The translations under genes were made by a program, and so were the position numbers. The notes under the pieces are model-generated. The model had not been told where the DNA came from and ran no database searches. It saw only the letters and a program-made list of their open reading frames with translations. Shown here piece by piece: positions 39,753 to 48,465 of a DNA stretch of 49,415 nt. Numbering within the stretch: position 1 is the stretch's first letter; each line of letters opens with the position of its first letter. The DNA is from Candidatus Aphodocola excrementigallinarum (GTDB taxonomy: Bacteria > Bacillota_I > Bacilli_A > RF39 > UBA660). Where the stretch lies: positions 1 through 49,415 of the forward strand of contig DVMT01000027.1 in NCBI GenBank assembly GCA_018714855.1, written 5' to 3'.

Positions 39753-39826
39753 GCAGGTGTAGTTTAATGGTAGAACCACAGCCTTCCAAGCTGTATACGG
39801 GAGTTCGATTCTCCTCACCTGCTCCA
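39753..39826 (+). tRNA. tRNA-Gly (anticodon TCC)
   Basis: Acceptor stem GCAGGTG/CACCTGC, anticodon arm ACAGC-CTTCCAA-GCTGT, T-loop TTCGATT, encoded CCA. Confidence 0.97.
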
Positions 39827-39836
39827 TATAAAAGTT

Positions 39837-39864
39837 AACAGACTAATTATTAGTCTGTTTTTTT
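39837..39864 (+). terminator. Terminator after tRNA-Gly
   Basis: AACAGACTA-ATTAT-TAGTCTGTT-TTTTT. Confidence 0.85.
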
Positions 39865-39874
39865 ATACTTGTTG

Positions 39875-39906
39875 CTCCCGTATACAGCTTAGGAATGATG
39901 CGGTTC
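39875..39906 (-). repeat. Inverted partial copy of tRNA-Gly
   Basis: CTCCCGTATACAGCTT is the exact reverse complement of tRNA 39788-39803; similarity continues (AGGAATGATGCGGTTC vs GGAAGGCTGTGGTTC). Confidence 0.85.
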
Positions 39907-39995
39907 GTTTTATATAAAGATTGAGTCATATAACTTTCATTCATATTTTCAATTATATCATCGGCTAAGTTATACCATTTAACTTGTATATAAAT

Positions 39996-41021
39996 TTACT
40001 TGTTTATTTCAAAATTTATTTTTTCCTCTTCAATAGCGGTAATCAATTCTTTTTCTGTCGGCATATGTAATTTGTATTCTGACGAAAATATTGTTTTATT
40101 ATCCTCTGGTAGCGTATATTTTACAACTGTTTCATTTTTGTTTGTTGATAATAATATTCCTACCGTTGGATTTTCATCTTCTTGTTTAATCTTTCTATCA
40201 TAGTAATTTACATACATTTGCATCTGCCCAATATCATGATGAGTTACTTTTCCTATTTTTAAATCAATTATAACAAAGCATCTTAAAAGTCTGTTATAGA
40301 AAACTAAATCAGGATAAAAGTGATCTTCTTCTAATGTTAATCTAACTTGATTACCTACATAACTAAAACCCTTTCCTAGTTCTAATAAAAATTCTTTTAA
40401 ATGTTCTAAAATATTTTTTTCTAAATCAGATTCTAGATAATTTGTATTCTCTTTTATATCTAAAAATTCCAAAACAAATGAATCTTTAACTAGATCTTTA
40501 TTTGTCTTTAAAATTTGCCCTTTTTCAGATAGTTCCAATACTTTTTCTTTATCAGCAGATAATGATAGTCTTTCGTATAATAAAGAATCTCTTTGTCTTT
40601 GAAGTTCTCTTACACTCCATCTAGAGTTTATACATTCATTTATATAGAATTTTCTTTTGGGTACATCTTCTATTTTTATTATTTCAATATAATGAGACCA
40701 ACTTAATTGCGACGACACTGTTGTTGCATTTGGAAAATAAATATAAAATTTTCTCATTCTTTCTAAATTTCTTTTAGAAAAACCTTTACCAAATTCATTA
40801 GTTAATTTTTGAGATAATTTATCAAGTACAGCATCACCATAGTTGGCTCTTTCATCACCCTGTTGTATTTCCATAATTGCTTTTCCAATGTTCCAATATA
40901 AATTAAGCATTTCAGTATTTACGACACTATACACTTTATTTCTACTACTAATAACTAATTTCTTAATATTATCAAATATATTATTAATTTTATTATCATT
41001 TTTAAATAATTGATTATTCAT
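39996..41021 (-). CDS. YhcG/DUF1016 PD-(D/E)XK nuclease family protein
   Basis: YWNIGK, GKGFS..NL..MR.FY, LSWSHY, FLLELGKGF, DLVFY...IIDLK, GQMQMY. Confidence 0.95.
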   Translation of the reverse strand: MNNQLFKNDNKINNIFDNIKKLVISSRNKVYSVVNTEMLNLYWNIGKAIMEIQQGDERANYGDAVLDKLSQKLTNEFGKGFSKRNLERMRKFYIYFPNATTVSSQLSWSHYIEIIKIEDVPKRKFYINECINSRWSVRELQRQRDSLLYERLSLSADKEKVLELSEKGQILKTNKDLVKDSFVLEFLDIKENTNYLESDLEKNILEHLKEFLLELGKGFSYVGNQVRLTLEEDHFYPDLVFYNRLLRCFVIIDLKIGKVTHHDIGQMQMYVNYYDRKIKQEDENPTVGILLSTNKNETVVKYTLPEDNKTIFSSEYKLHMPTEKELITAIEEEKINFEINK

Positions 41022-41329
41022 TAATTACCTCCTCATACTAATTATTAGGCAAAACTTTTAAAATTCCCCTATAAAAATTAAAAAAGATAAGTTTATGTTC
41101 TTATCTTTCTACGTAATATTTTGTATATACATTTTGAAGCTAAATTAGGTTCATAAACCAATGAAAAATGAATAAATCAATTATATTTAGTAATGAATAT
41201 TAAATTAGATTAAATAATTTAATGAAAAAAAATTTAAAAAGTAAGATAAATTATTATCTCAAAAAAGGCAAAGGAACTAATCAATATTTATACTCAAACA
41301 TAAATTTTTATAAGAAAATTCTTATACTC

Positions 41330-42001
41330 CTATTTAAGATAATTATTCAAATAATTTATCCATTCTGGAGCATTTTCTTCTTGAAATAAATGATAAAGAA
41401 AATCAACAACAATTTGATGTCTACTCTTTGCTTCTTTTTTACCTGATGTCGTTAACATTAAATTTTTAAGTTTCAAAATTTTTTCAAATATGTGGCACAC
41501 ACTACTATCAGCGCATTTTCTCGTATATTTTTCAGCTGTCATATCTTCTATTGGAAATGCATCTTTATTGAAAAAAGGTTTTCCGTTTTTCATACTATAT
41601 TTATAAACTCGTAAAATGCCATTAGCACCTAAAGCATCACACATATCTGCATCAGATACAATTTTACCTTCAAGAGTTGTTAGGCAACAACCTTTTAATC
41701 TCTTACTATATCCTATATTATTAAGAGCAAGACATACTTGTTCTTGTATATTTTTATTTACATTACAATCTTCCATAATATTTTTTGCATTTGTTAAATT
41801 CTCAGCATTATCCATACCAAATAATTTATAATCATCAACATCATGGAGTAATGCTATCAAAGAAACAATATCTTTGTTAGCGTTTTCTTTTTCTGCAAAT
41901 TTTAAAGATAGTTCTAAAACTCTATTTATATGATCCATTCCGTGTCCAGAATTATCTTCATTTAATAATTCACTTACTTGTTTTTTTACTTTTTGTATCA
42001 T
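41330..42001 (-). CDS. HD domain phosphohydrolase (YpgQ-like)
   Basis: GHGMDHINRV, ALLHDVDD, VSDADMCDALGA, EKILKL. Confidence 0.9.
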   Translation of the reverse strand: MIQKVKKQVSELLNEDNSGHGMDHINRVLELSLKFAEKENANKDIVSLIALLHDVDDYKLFGMDNAENLTNAKNIMEDCNVNKNIQEQVCLALNNIGYSKRLKGCCLTTLEGKIVSDADMCDALGANGILRVYKYSMKNGKPFFNKDAFPIEDMTAEKYTRKCADSSVCHIFEKILKLKNLMLTTSGKKEAKSRHQIVVDFLYHLFQEENAPEWINYLNNYLK

Positions 42002-42786
42002 TATTTAATCTCCTTAAACCCATTTCTACTCCATAACCAAAGCGGTGTATGAATATCGATTGGTTTATAATTTGTATTTTTAAATAATTCTTGCCATCTA
42101 TCTATTACAATTTGCTGAACATTGCTAGAATTAAATTCATTATCTGTAATTAATCCTAATTTATGAGTGGCTTTACATACATGGGTATCTGGAGCAACAG
42201 TCAAATTTTCTATATTTTTATACTTTCTATCAGTATATTGATAAATTACATACAGCCAATAATTACATATTTTAGTTCCTGATAAATACGGAAATTTCTT
42301 TTTATTATCCTTTTGTATAAAACGTCTTATTTTATCCACATCATTATCCAAACTGTCAAATAATTTTCTTATGTCTCCATCAAATAATTCTATAAAAGTA
42401 TTGCAAAGTGTCAACCATATTTCAGTTTGCTTTTGTTTTTGTAACGCAACTTTATATTTTATTAAAGCATGCTGAACTTCTTCAAAAGGCTTTTCTAAAC
42501 ACAACTTAGGATCAAATACAAATCTAGTTTCTTCATCAGTATAGGTTTTTAACGCACTTTCCCAAAGTATATAAGAATTTCTTTGATAATTTAGTGCCAT
42601 TGGCAAAGTGAAATATAAATAATTTTCTAAACTAGATTTTTCAAAATGCGGATTTACATCTTCAGGCATTACTTCGCCACCAAGTTCTCCATTTTTATAC
42701 ATTACAATGAGTTTATCAACTTTATCTAATATTTCTTTTTTGTTCGTGACTACATCCACTTGCAAATTAACATAAATAGTTAACAA
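42001..42786 (-). CDS. Uncharacterised HhH-GPD/DNA-glycosylase-fold-like protein (start uncertain)
   Basis: FPYLSGTKICN (HhH-like), VAPDTHVCK..LGL (PxDxHV-like), terminal LW; translationally coupled to the HD gene. Confidence 0.6.
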   Translation of the reverse strand: MLTIYVNLQVDVVTNKKEILDKVDKLIVMYKNGELGGEVMPEDVNPHFEKSSLENYLYFTLPMALNYQRNSYILWESALKTYTDEETRFVFDPKLCLEKPFEEVQHALIKYKVALQKQKQTEIWLTLCNTFIELFDGDIRKLFDSLDNDVDKIRRFIQKDNKKKFPYLSGTKICNYWLYVIYQYTDRKYKNIENLTVAPDTHVCKATHKLGLITDNEFNSSNVQQIVIDRWQELFKNTNYKPIDIHTPLWLWSRNGFKEIK

Positions 42787-42793
42787 GTAACAA

Positions 42794-43348
42794 TTATAAG
42801 TATTTTAATAATTCAGGAAACTCTGTATATCCACTTTCAGAATTTAAATGACCACCACCTGAAATCATAACCTGATTTTCAGTTATAGTATCTGCAAATT
42901 CTTTTTCTGCTTCATATTTTACATAAGGATCATTATCAGAGTAAAAACATACAATGTCATTACAATATTTTTTTACATCCGAAAGATTATCAAAATACAT
43001 ACTTTCATTAACTGCATCATAATCTTTATCTATTCCAAAATAATTGTTAAAGCCACAAACTAAAACTAATCTTTTAACTTTAATCTTATTTTCAACTATG
43101 AATTTACATATAAAGATAGGCGCTATTGAATGAGCAAATATAATTGTATTTTCGTTTATAATATTTGCTTCAACATAAGTCTTTAAAAGTTTAGACCAAT
43201 TTTCATAACTTTGATAACCAACTCCTGTTGGAAAGTCTGGAGTATAAATTTCTAAATCTTTGCTTTCTATTTCTTTTCTTAGATACGGAATCCAATTAGA
43301 AAATGGACTTCCAAAACTTCCATGGACTAATAAATGATTATTTTTCAC
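42794..43348 (-). CDS. RBBP9/YdeN family alpha/beta hydrolase
   Basis: LVHG...NW, AHSIA nucleophile elbow, SDNDPYV, GGHLN. Confidence 0.9.
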   Translation of the reverse strand: MKNNHLLVHGSFGSPFSNWIPYLRKEIESKDLEIYTPDFPTGVGYQSYENWSKLLKTYVEANIINENTIIFAHSIAPIFICKFIVENKIKVKRLVLVCGFNNYFGIDKDYDAVNESMYFDNLSDVKKYCNDIVCFYSDNDPYVKYEAEKEFADTITENQVMISGGGHLNSESGYTEFPELLKYL

Positions 43349-44213
43349 TTTCTAACTCCTCCTCAATAAATCTTAAAATATCATTTTTAATTAAATCAAT
43401 ATTATCGTAATAAATTATATCTTTAACTTTTCCACATCCTTTAACAAGCCCCGATATTTTACTTCCGGTTTTTGCAATAATTATTATAGGAATACTTAAC
43501 TTAACCGCTTCTTGCAATTCCATTCCTTGCCCTGTAGATACATTACTCATTTCTGCTATAACAATATCCGTATCTTTTAAAAGATTCATTGCCCTTTCAT
43601 ATCTCTCATAATCATTCCCCGTAAATTTCATTGTATCTAATGGGCTGTAAATTTCAATAGGTATATTTTTTGAATCTATTTCTCTTATTATAGAATCTAA
43701 TTTTACATAAATATTTTTTGAAGATTCATCTGATGCTAAAACAGCTCCTGTTATTAAAATTCTATTTTTAATTTTATCTTTATGTTCTTTTAATGCTTCA
43801 ATAGCTTTATCTCTATGTAGTTCTTTTACTATTTCTATTTTATTCTTAGAGTATTTTACCAATTCATCTATATTAGTAATCATTTCCGGGCAATAGTTAT
43901 CATTGCTATCTTGCAAAGTAGCAGCATAAACCACTTTTGAAAATTCCTCATACAATATCGCTCCCATACACATCATACAAGGCTCACAAGATACATACAT
44001 TATTGCTCCTTTTAAATCACCATAAAGATTTTTGTTTTTGGAAGCGCTTTCTATTGCTTCTAATTCAGCATGAGAATACATACTTGTTTCCATTAAAGTT
44101 TTATCATCACTTCTACCAATTATTTTTCCATCTTTAACAACTATAGCTCCATAAGGATATTTAGCATTTTTGCTAATTTCTATCGCTATAGCAATATATT
44201 GTTCATCAGTCAT
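43338..44213 (-). CDS. Fusion: zinc-dependent nucleoside/nucleotide deaminase + nucleoside 2-deoxyribosyltransferase (NDT/Rcl/DNPH1-like) domain
   Basis: PYGAIVV, HAE, CEPCMMC in the N-half; YSP...DIVIAEMS..STGQGME in the C-half; start reset to ATG 44213 after AGGAGG. Confidence 0.82.
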   Translation of the reverse strand: MTDEQYIAIAIEISKNAKYPYGAIVVKDGKIIGRSDDKTLMETSMYSHAELEAIESASKNKNLYGDLKGAIMYVSCEPCMMCMGAILYEEFSKVVYAATLQDSNDNYCPEMITNIDELVKYSKNKIEIVKELHRDKAIEALKEHKDKIKNRILITGAVLASDESSKNIYVKLDSIIREIDSKNIPIEIYSPLDTMKFTGNDYERYERAMNLLKDTDIVIAEMSNVSTGQGMELQEAVKLSIPIIIIAKTGSKISGLVKGCGKVKDIIYYDNIDLIKNDILRFIEEELESEK

Positions 44214-44223
44214 TATATACCTC

Positions 44224-44724
44224 CTATAATTTTTTACCATAATAGTCAACATCAATAACAGTTCCATCAGGATATCTCTCGGAAGATGATTTTATAAATT
44301 CATTAAAACCATAATGTTCATAAATTTGTTTATTTTTTTCTTCTTTCGGCTCAACTCCTAAAGTAACTTTTGTAAAACCTCTTTTTTTCAAATCATCAAG
44401 CATGAATTTAAATAACTTAGAAAAGTACCCCTTACCTTGATATTCTTCTTTAGTTCTAAAAGCGGTTAAATATACTGTCTTATCGTCTACTAAATCTTGA
44501 TAATTCTGAACTTTATTTGGATTTAACATTGCAGTGGCCTCACAAATAATATTTTCATCTAATATACCATAATATGGAATACTATAACCATTTTTAGCAT
44601 TTAAGATTGCTTCTTTTTTCCATATAATCCAATTATTTTTATCACTTTTACTATTTTCAATTTCATAATCCCATTTTACATTCATTTCTTCTATCGATGG
44701 TATCTTACATACAAAATTATTCAT
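44224..44724 (-). CDS. GNAT family acetyltransferase
   Basis: YQGKGY acetyl-CoA motif, LGVE...N..IYEHYGF. Confidence 0.9.
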   Translation of the reverse strand: MNNFVCKIPSIEEMNVKWDYEIENSKSDKNNWIIWKKEAILNAKNGYSIPYYGILDENIICEATAMLNPNKVQNYQDLVDDKTVYLTAFRTKEEYQGKGYFSKLFKFMLDDLKKRGFTKVTLGVEPKEEKNKQIYEHYGFNEFIKSSSERYPDGTVIDVDYYGKKL

Positions 44725-44819
44725 TATTTTCTTTTTTACCTTTCATATTTCATTATTCATTATATAATTTTCTTCTTGTTTATTAATTATATATTTTAAA
44801 TATAATAGTTTTCATAACA

Positions 44820-44951
44820 TTAATTTTTTTCATAATGATAATCATCTGAACTAATACGACTAGAAGGAGATTTTTTCACGTTAGCATTAGCATAAGTCTC
44901 TTTTTTTGCTTCAATTAAAAAACTTTCTAGCATCTTTATATCTGTCTTCAT
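44820..44951 (-). pseudogene. Truncated DUF5680-like gene (43 aa)
   Basis: Strong RBS and extended -10; MKTDIKMLESFLIEAKKETYANAN...SSRISSDDYHYEKN stop; N-terminus recalled as DUF5680-like. Confidence 0.55.
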
Positions 44952-45040
44952 TAGTTAACCTCCTATAGTACAATTATACCATAATTTAAAAACATATAAA
45001 AATACTCAAGGAAAGCTTTCAACTACTTTCTTTGAGTATT

Positions 45041-46102
45041 TTATTTATAAGGTTTAAAATCAAAGTCAAATCCCGTATATTTAGATGACTTAAAGTTTAG
45101 AAAATCATCTATATCCATTTTGGCAGATTCTGATATTTCATTTATTCTTTTTACACCAGCATTATCCATTACTAAAGGAATGATGTATCTTCTTTTTGGA
45201 TCAACACTTATACAATATTTATCAGTAACTAAAGTATCACTTTTATATACGTCGGTAGAATTCTGAAATTTTAAAAAATTATTTCTAATATATTTATCGT
45301 CACAATTTTTTATTTTTTCTATTATTTCTTTTTCTTTTAAATTATATAAATCATCAACCGTTAAATATCCTTTAACATTCATAGATTTTACAATGTCCGC
45401 TAAAAACTGCATACAAGTTTTATCTTTATCTTGAATCCATGCAGGCCATAACTTTGATACCGTATGGATGTACTTTTCACAAACATCTTTATGTTTAAAT
45501 CCTAATTCATCTATTTTATCTTCATTTTTTAAAATTACAACATCATTATATACCTTTTTTATTTCATCTAAACTCCATACTCTAAAAAACGTTAATCCTG
45601 ATGAAAAATTATATTCAAATCTATCTGCCGATAACTTTGGTGTATCATTATCTGCAATTGGATAAATTTTATAATCACAAACCTCTTCTAACTTTATGTT
45701 ATCTCGTTTTAACAGCTTCATTATTTTTTTAGAATTTTTTATTATATCAACGGTTCTTTCCTCGGTTGATTCTTGTTTTTTATAATCACCATTCATAAAG
45801 TCTATACAATGTTTAAATGCAGGAGTTGCAATATCGTGAAATAATCCCGCTAAAGCCTGTTTTTTATCGTGCGTAAAATGCCATATGATAAGTGCAACCG
45901 CAACACTATGGTCAAGGTTAGAATACCAATATTTAACATCAAAACATTTAGTATAATCAAGCCCACAACTTAAGCTAATGCCACTTAATCTTTTCATTTC
46001 TGGTGTATCAATGTAATCTAGCATCCATTTTGGAAACTCCGGTGATAAAATTTTAAAATATGCCTTTACTTCGTTATTTAAACTTTCTAAATATCCATTC
46101 AT
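45041..46102 (-). CDS. HD domain phosphohydrolase (dNTPase-like motif order)
   Basis: MKRL, LDHS, GLFHDIATPAFKHCID, LSADRFEY. Confidence 0.85.
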   Translation of the reverse strand: MNGYLESLNNEVKAYFKILSPEFPKWMLDYIDTPEMKRLSGISLSCGLDYTKCFDVKYWYSNLDHSVAVALIIWHFTHDKKQALAGLFHDIATPAFKHCIDFMNGDYKKQESTEERTVDIIKNSKKIMKLLKRDNIKLEEVCDYKIYPIADNDTPKLSADRFEYNFSSGLTFFRVWSLDEIKKVYNDVVILKNEDKIDELGFKHKDVCEKYIHTVSKLWPAWIQDKDKTCMQFLADIVKSMNVKGYLTVDDLYNLKEKEIIEKIKNCDDKYIRNNFLKFQNSTDVYKSDTLVTDKYCISVDPKRRYIIPLVMDNAGVKRINEISESAKMDIDDFLNFKSSKYTGFDFDFKPYK

Positions 46103-46131
46103 TACAACAAGTCAAATCCTTCCTATGATCA
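46100..46131 (-). repeat. 32-bp leader repeat copy A (RBS to ATG of the HD gene)
   Basis: 27/32 identical to 46926..46957, with exact core TCAAATCCTTCCTAT. Confidence 0.75.
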
Positions 46132-46223
46132 TTATTTATCTATTACATAATTATGTTTTTCTAAACAGCATCATCCATTGCCAAATGTATGTATAAACAA
46201 AAAAATGTCAATTCTCTTAACAG

Positions 46224-46928
46224 TTAAATACTATACTTATCTAAAATCGTATTTTGTTTATAATTTTGTAATATTTCTACTGGAATAGTATTTAAATTCG
46301 GAAAAACTTCATAAGGATTATCAGTTATTCCTATTAAATTACCCATTTCATCTACGTTATCTTCATGCCCATTTACCCCAACTTTAAAACCACCAATAGT
46401 CTCATTTTTTATAAGCTTATCAAAAAATAAGAAATCAACATCACTTTTTATATCGTTAATACCAAATATTTCTTTACAATGTGCTATATACTCTTCATCC
46501 TCATACTTACTTTCTACCAAACTAAGTGTAAAATCAATCATATACGCTTTATCACCAATATATATAACATTCCAACGGTGGCCAACATTTCCAACGTGTC
46601 CATAAACATAATCTATATTAATGCCCAACTTTTCAAAAACTCTTTTTGCAATTGCGCTAATACTACCACAAGTAGCCAGCCTTTTACCGCTTACTTTATC
46701 TTCTTCAAAAAAGCCTTCTTCTGTAAAAGCTTTACCATATGGGTTTTTATCATAAGGATGATTAATATTATATGTAACAGCATCAAAGCCATAATCAATA
46801 TTATTTTTAACATAATCATCAAAATATAAAATCTGTTTTAAGATTACTTCTTCCTCGCTCCCATCAAAATTTTTGTTTTTTATATCACTAACCAAATTAT
46901 TAACATAATTATCAATATTATTTCTCAT
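46224..46928 (-). CDS. Transglutaminase-like (Cys-His-Asp) protein
   Basis: ATCGSIS...LGI...GHRWNV...IDFT catalytic triad pattern. Confidence 0.8.
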   Translation of the reverse strand: MRNNIDNYVNNLVSDIKNKNFDGSEEEVILKQILYFDDYVKNNIDYGFDAVTYNINHPYDKNPYGKAFTEEGFFEEDKVSGKRLATCGSISAIAKRVFEKLGINIDYVYGHVGNVGHRWNVIYIGDKAYMIDFTLSLVESKYEDEEYIAHCKEIFGINDIKSDVDFLFFDKLIKNETIGGFKVGVNGHEDNVDEMGNLIGITDNPYEVFPNLNTIPVEILQNYKQNTILDKYSI

Positions 46929-46957
46929 AACAAAATATCAAATCCTTCCTATAATCA
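46926..46957 (-). repeat. 32-bp leader repeat copy B (RBS to ATG of the transglutaminase-like gene)
   Basis: 27/32 identical to 46100..46131. Confidence 0.75.
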
Positions 46958-46969
46958 ATTATACCATAT

Positions 46970-47911
46970 TTATAAATTTATATTCCACTTAGGAGGATAT
47001 ACGTACTGTATTTTACTTTCTTTTGGCTTATATTTTTTCTTAATTTTAGTTCTGTTAGATTTTAAATTAGGCATCTTTTGTCTTAGATATTTATCTAATT
47101 CACAAAAAATATTTTGGCAATCTATTAATTGTAATGGTCTATTACCTATCCTTTTAAAATCTAAATTAAATCTTTTAAACTCTTTATCTTGGTTTTCATA
47201 CATGTATTTAATTATATCCTCGTTTGTCATTTTACCTTTATCTATAAAACATTTTTTTATACCTCTAAGTGATCCGGGACCCGCAATAGTAAACTCATCT
47301 TCCCTCCAGTTCACAACATCACTATAATTTATATCAGTTACTAATTGATAAGCCATGAAATTACCAATTAAAGGATAACTTTTTATTATGTTAAATGCCT
47401 CTTGCATAGTTTTGCATTTTAGTATTTTATGTTGCATTTTATCTTCTATAAACATTTTATTAAGAAGGGCTAAATGATTATCATGCTTTCTATCATATCC
47501 AAAAGCTTTATTAGCACAACTTATATAAGCATCATTATATATTTTAACTCCGTTTGAAATAGCATCTTCTAATACTTTAGAATGCTTTTTCATACTAAAC
47601 GTTTTTAAAGTAACATCACCAAAATTATTTAATAATAATTCCCAAGTAGATTCTTTATTAAATAACTTAAATAAAATTATTCTAAAAATAATATCTTCAT
47701 TAGAATATTTTTTACCATTATATATAACGTTTCTTAATAAATACTGACTTACTCTATCATTTACCCGGTAACTGTTACAAAATTTGTATTCTTGTAAAAT
47801 TTCATCATTGGTCCAAGGCGGCTTTTCACCGTTTAGTTTTTTCCAAAATATATTTTGTCTTTCACATGCAAAATACCAATATAAATCATATACTTCTTGT
47901 CTTTTTTTCAT
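46970..47911 (-). CDS. 5-hmdU DNA kinase helical domain-like / aGPT-PPlase family protein
   Basis: ERQ...PPWT.D.IL..YKFCN.YR..DR, F.LFNK..TW, IG.FMAYQ...D, GPG...G, CE..KY: motif set recalled for this base-hypermodification family. Confidence 0.78.
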   Translation of the reverse strand: MKKRQEVYDLYWYFACERQNIFWKKLNGEKPPWTNDEILQEYKFCNSYRVNDRVSQYLLRNVIYNGKKYSNEDIIFRIILFKLFNKESTWELLLNNFGDVTLKTFSMKKHSKVLEDAISNGVKIYNDAYISCANKAFGYDRKHDNHLALLNKMFIEDKMQHKILKCKTMQEAFNIIKSYPLIGNFMAYQLVTDINYSDVVNWREDEFTIAGPGSLRGIKKCFIDKGKMTNEDIIKYMYENQDKEFKRFNLDFKRIGNRPLQLIDCQNIFCELDKYLRQKMPNLKSNRTKIKKKYKPKESKIQYVYPPKWNINL

Positions 47912-48009
47912 AACTTACCTCAATATCTACAATTTGATTAATTTTATCATATTATAAATACTTTTTCCACAAAAAACTAAAAACCATCTTAATTAGATAG
48001 TTTTTTATT

Positions 48010-48365
48010 TTATATCCACTCTTCTACTCTTTGTTTAGATTGATAAACCATTGAACCTCTTAATGCGCTCCTTTACATACCGCTTCCTGTTCCTTCGTGC
48101 GTTGTAAACGGTCTAATTACTTTTCATGTAAAATCTATACCATTTAAGGTAGTTACCAATTCTTCTAACAAATCTGGCCAGTATACTGAAAATCCTATAT
48201 TAATTACTTCATAATCTTTTGAGTATGAATTTTTTGGTTCAACTTTAAATATAATTGTACCAGTTTTATCCTTTATATATTCTGTAATTACTTCAGTATT
48301 TCCCTTCTCTATATAACCTACTACGTAATTTTCATCAGCCCTACTAAAATAAATAATAATACTTT
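48010..48365 (-). pseudogene. Decayed flavodoxin gene
   Basis: Manual translation IIIYFSRADENY...KGNTE...DYEVINIGFSVYW...DFT*KVIRPFTTHEG... / ALRGS...VEEWI*; in-frame stop, frameshift and no start. Confidence 0.8.
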
Positions 48366-48465
48366 TTTACTTTCGAAAAAATTTCTAAGAAACGTTTGAT
48401 ATAAAAGTAATATAATGAAGTATATATATCAGGAAATAACTATCCCGATTTTTTTATAATCATAT

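Noticed and set aside
39875-39906. Classical attR of an element integrated in tRNA-Gly
   Set aside because: The fragment is inverted, internal to the tRNA and only ~50 bp away; kept as a separate finding instead.
94-46829. Short antisense/overlapping ORFs in the track (e.g. 94..279, 1569..1829, 5296..5547, 10587..10940, 20392..20712, 25994..26290, 32315..32767, 46479..46829)
   Set aside because: They lie within well-supported genes, mostly on the opposite strand, and have no motifs; shadow ORFs.
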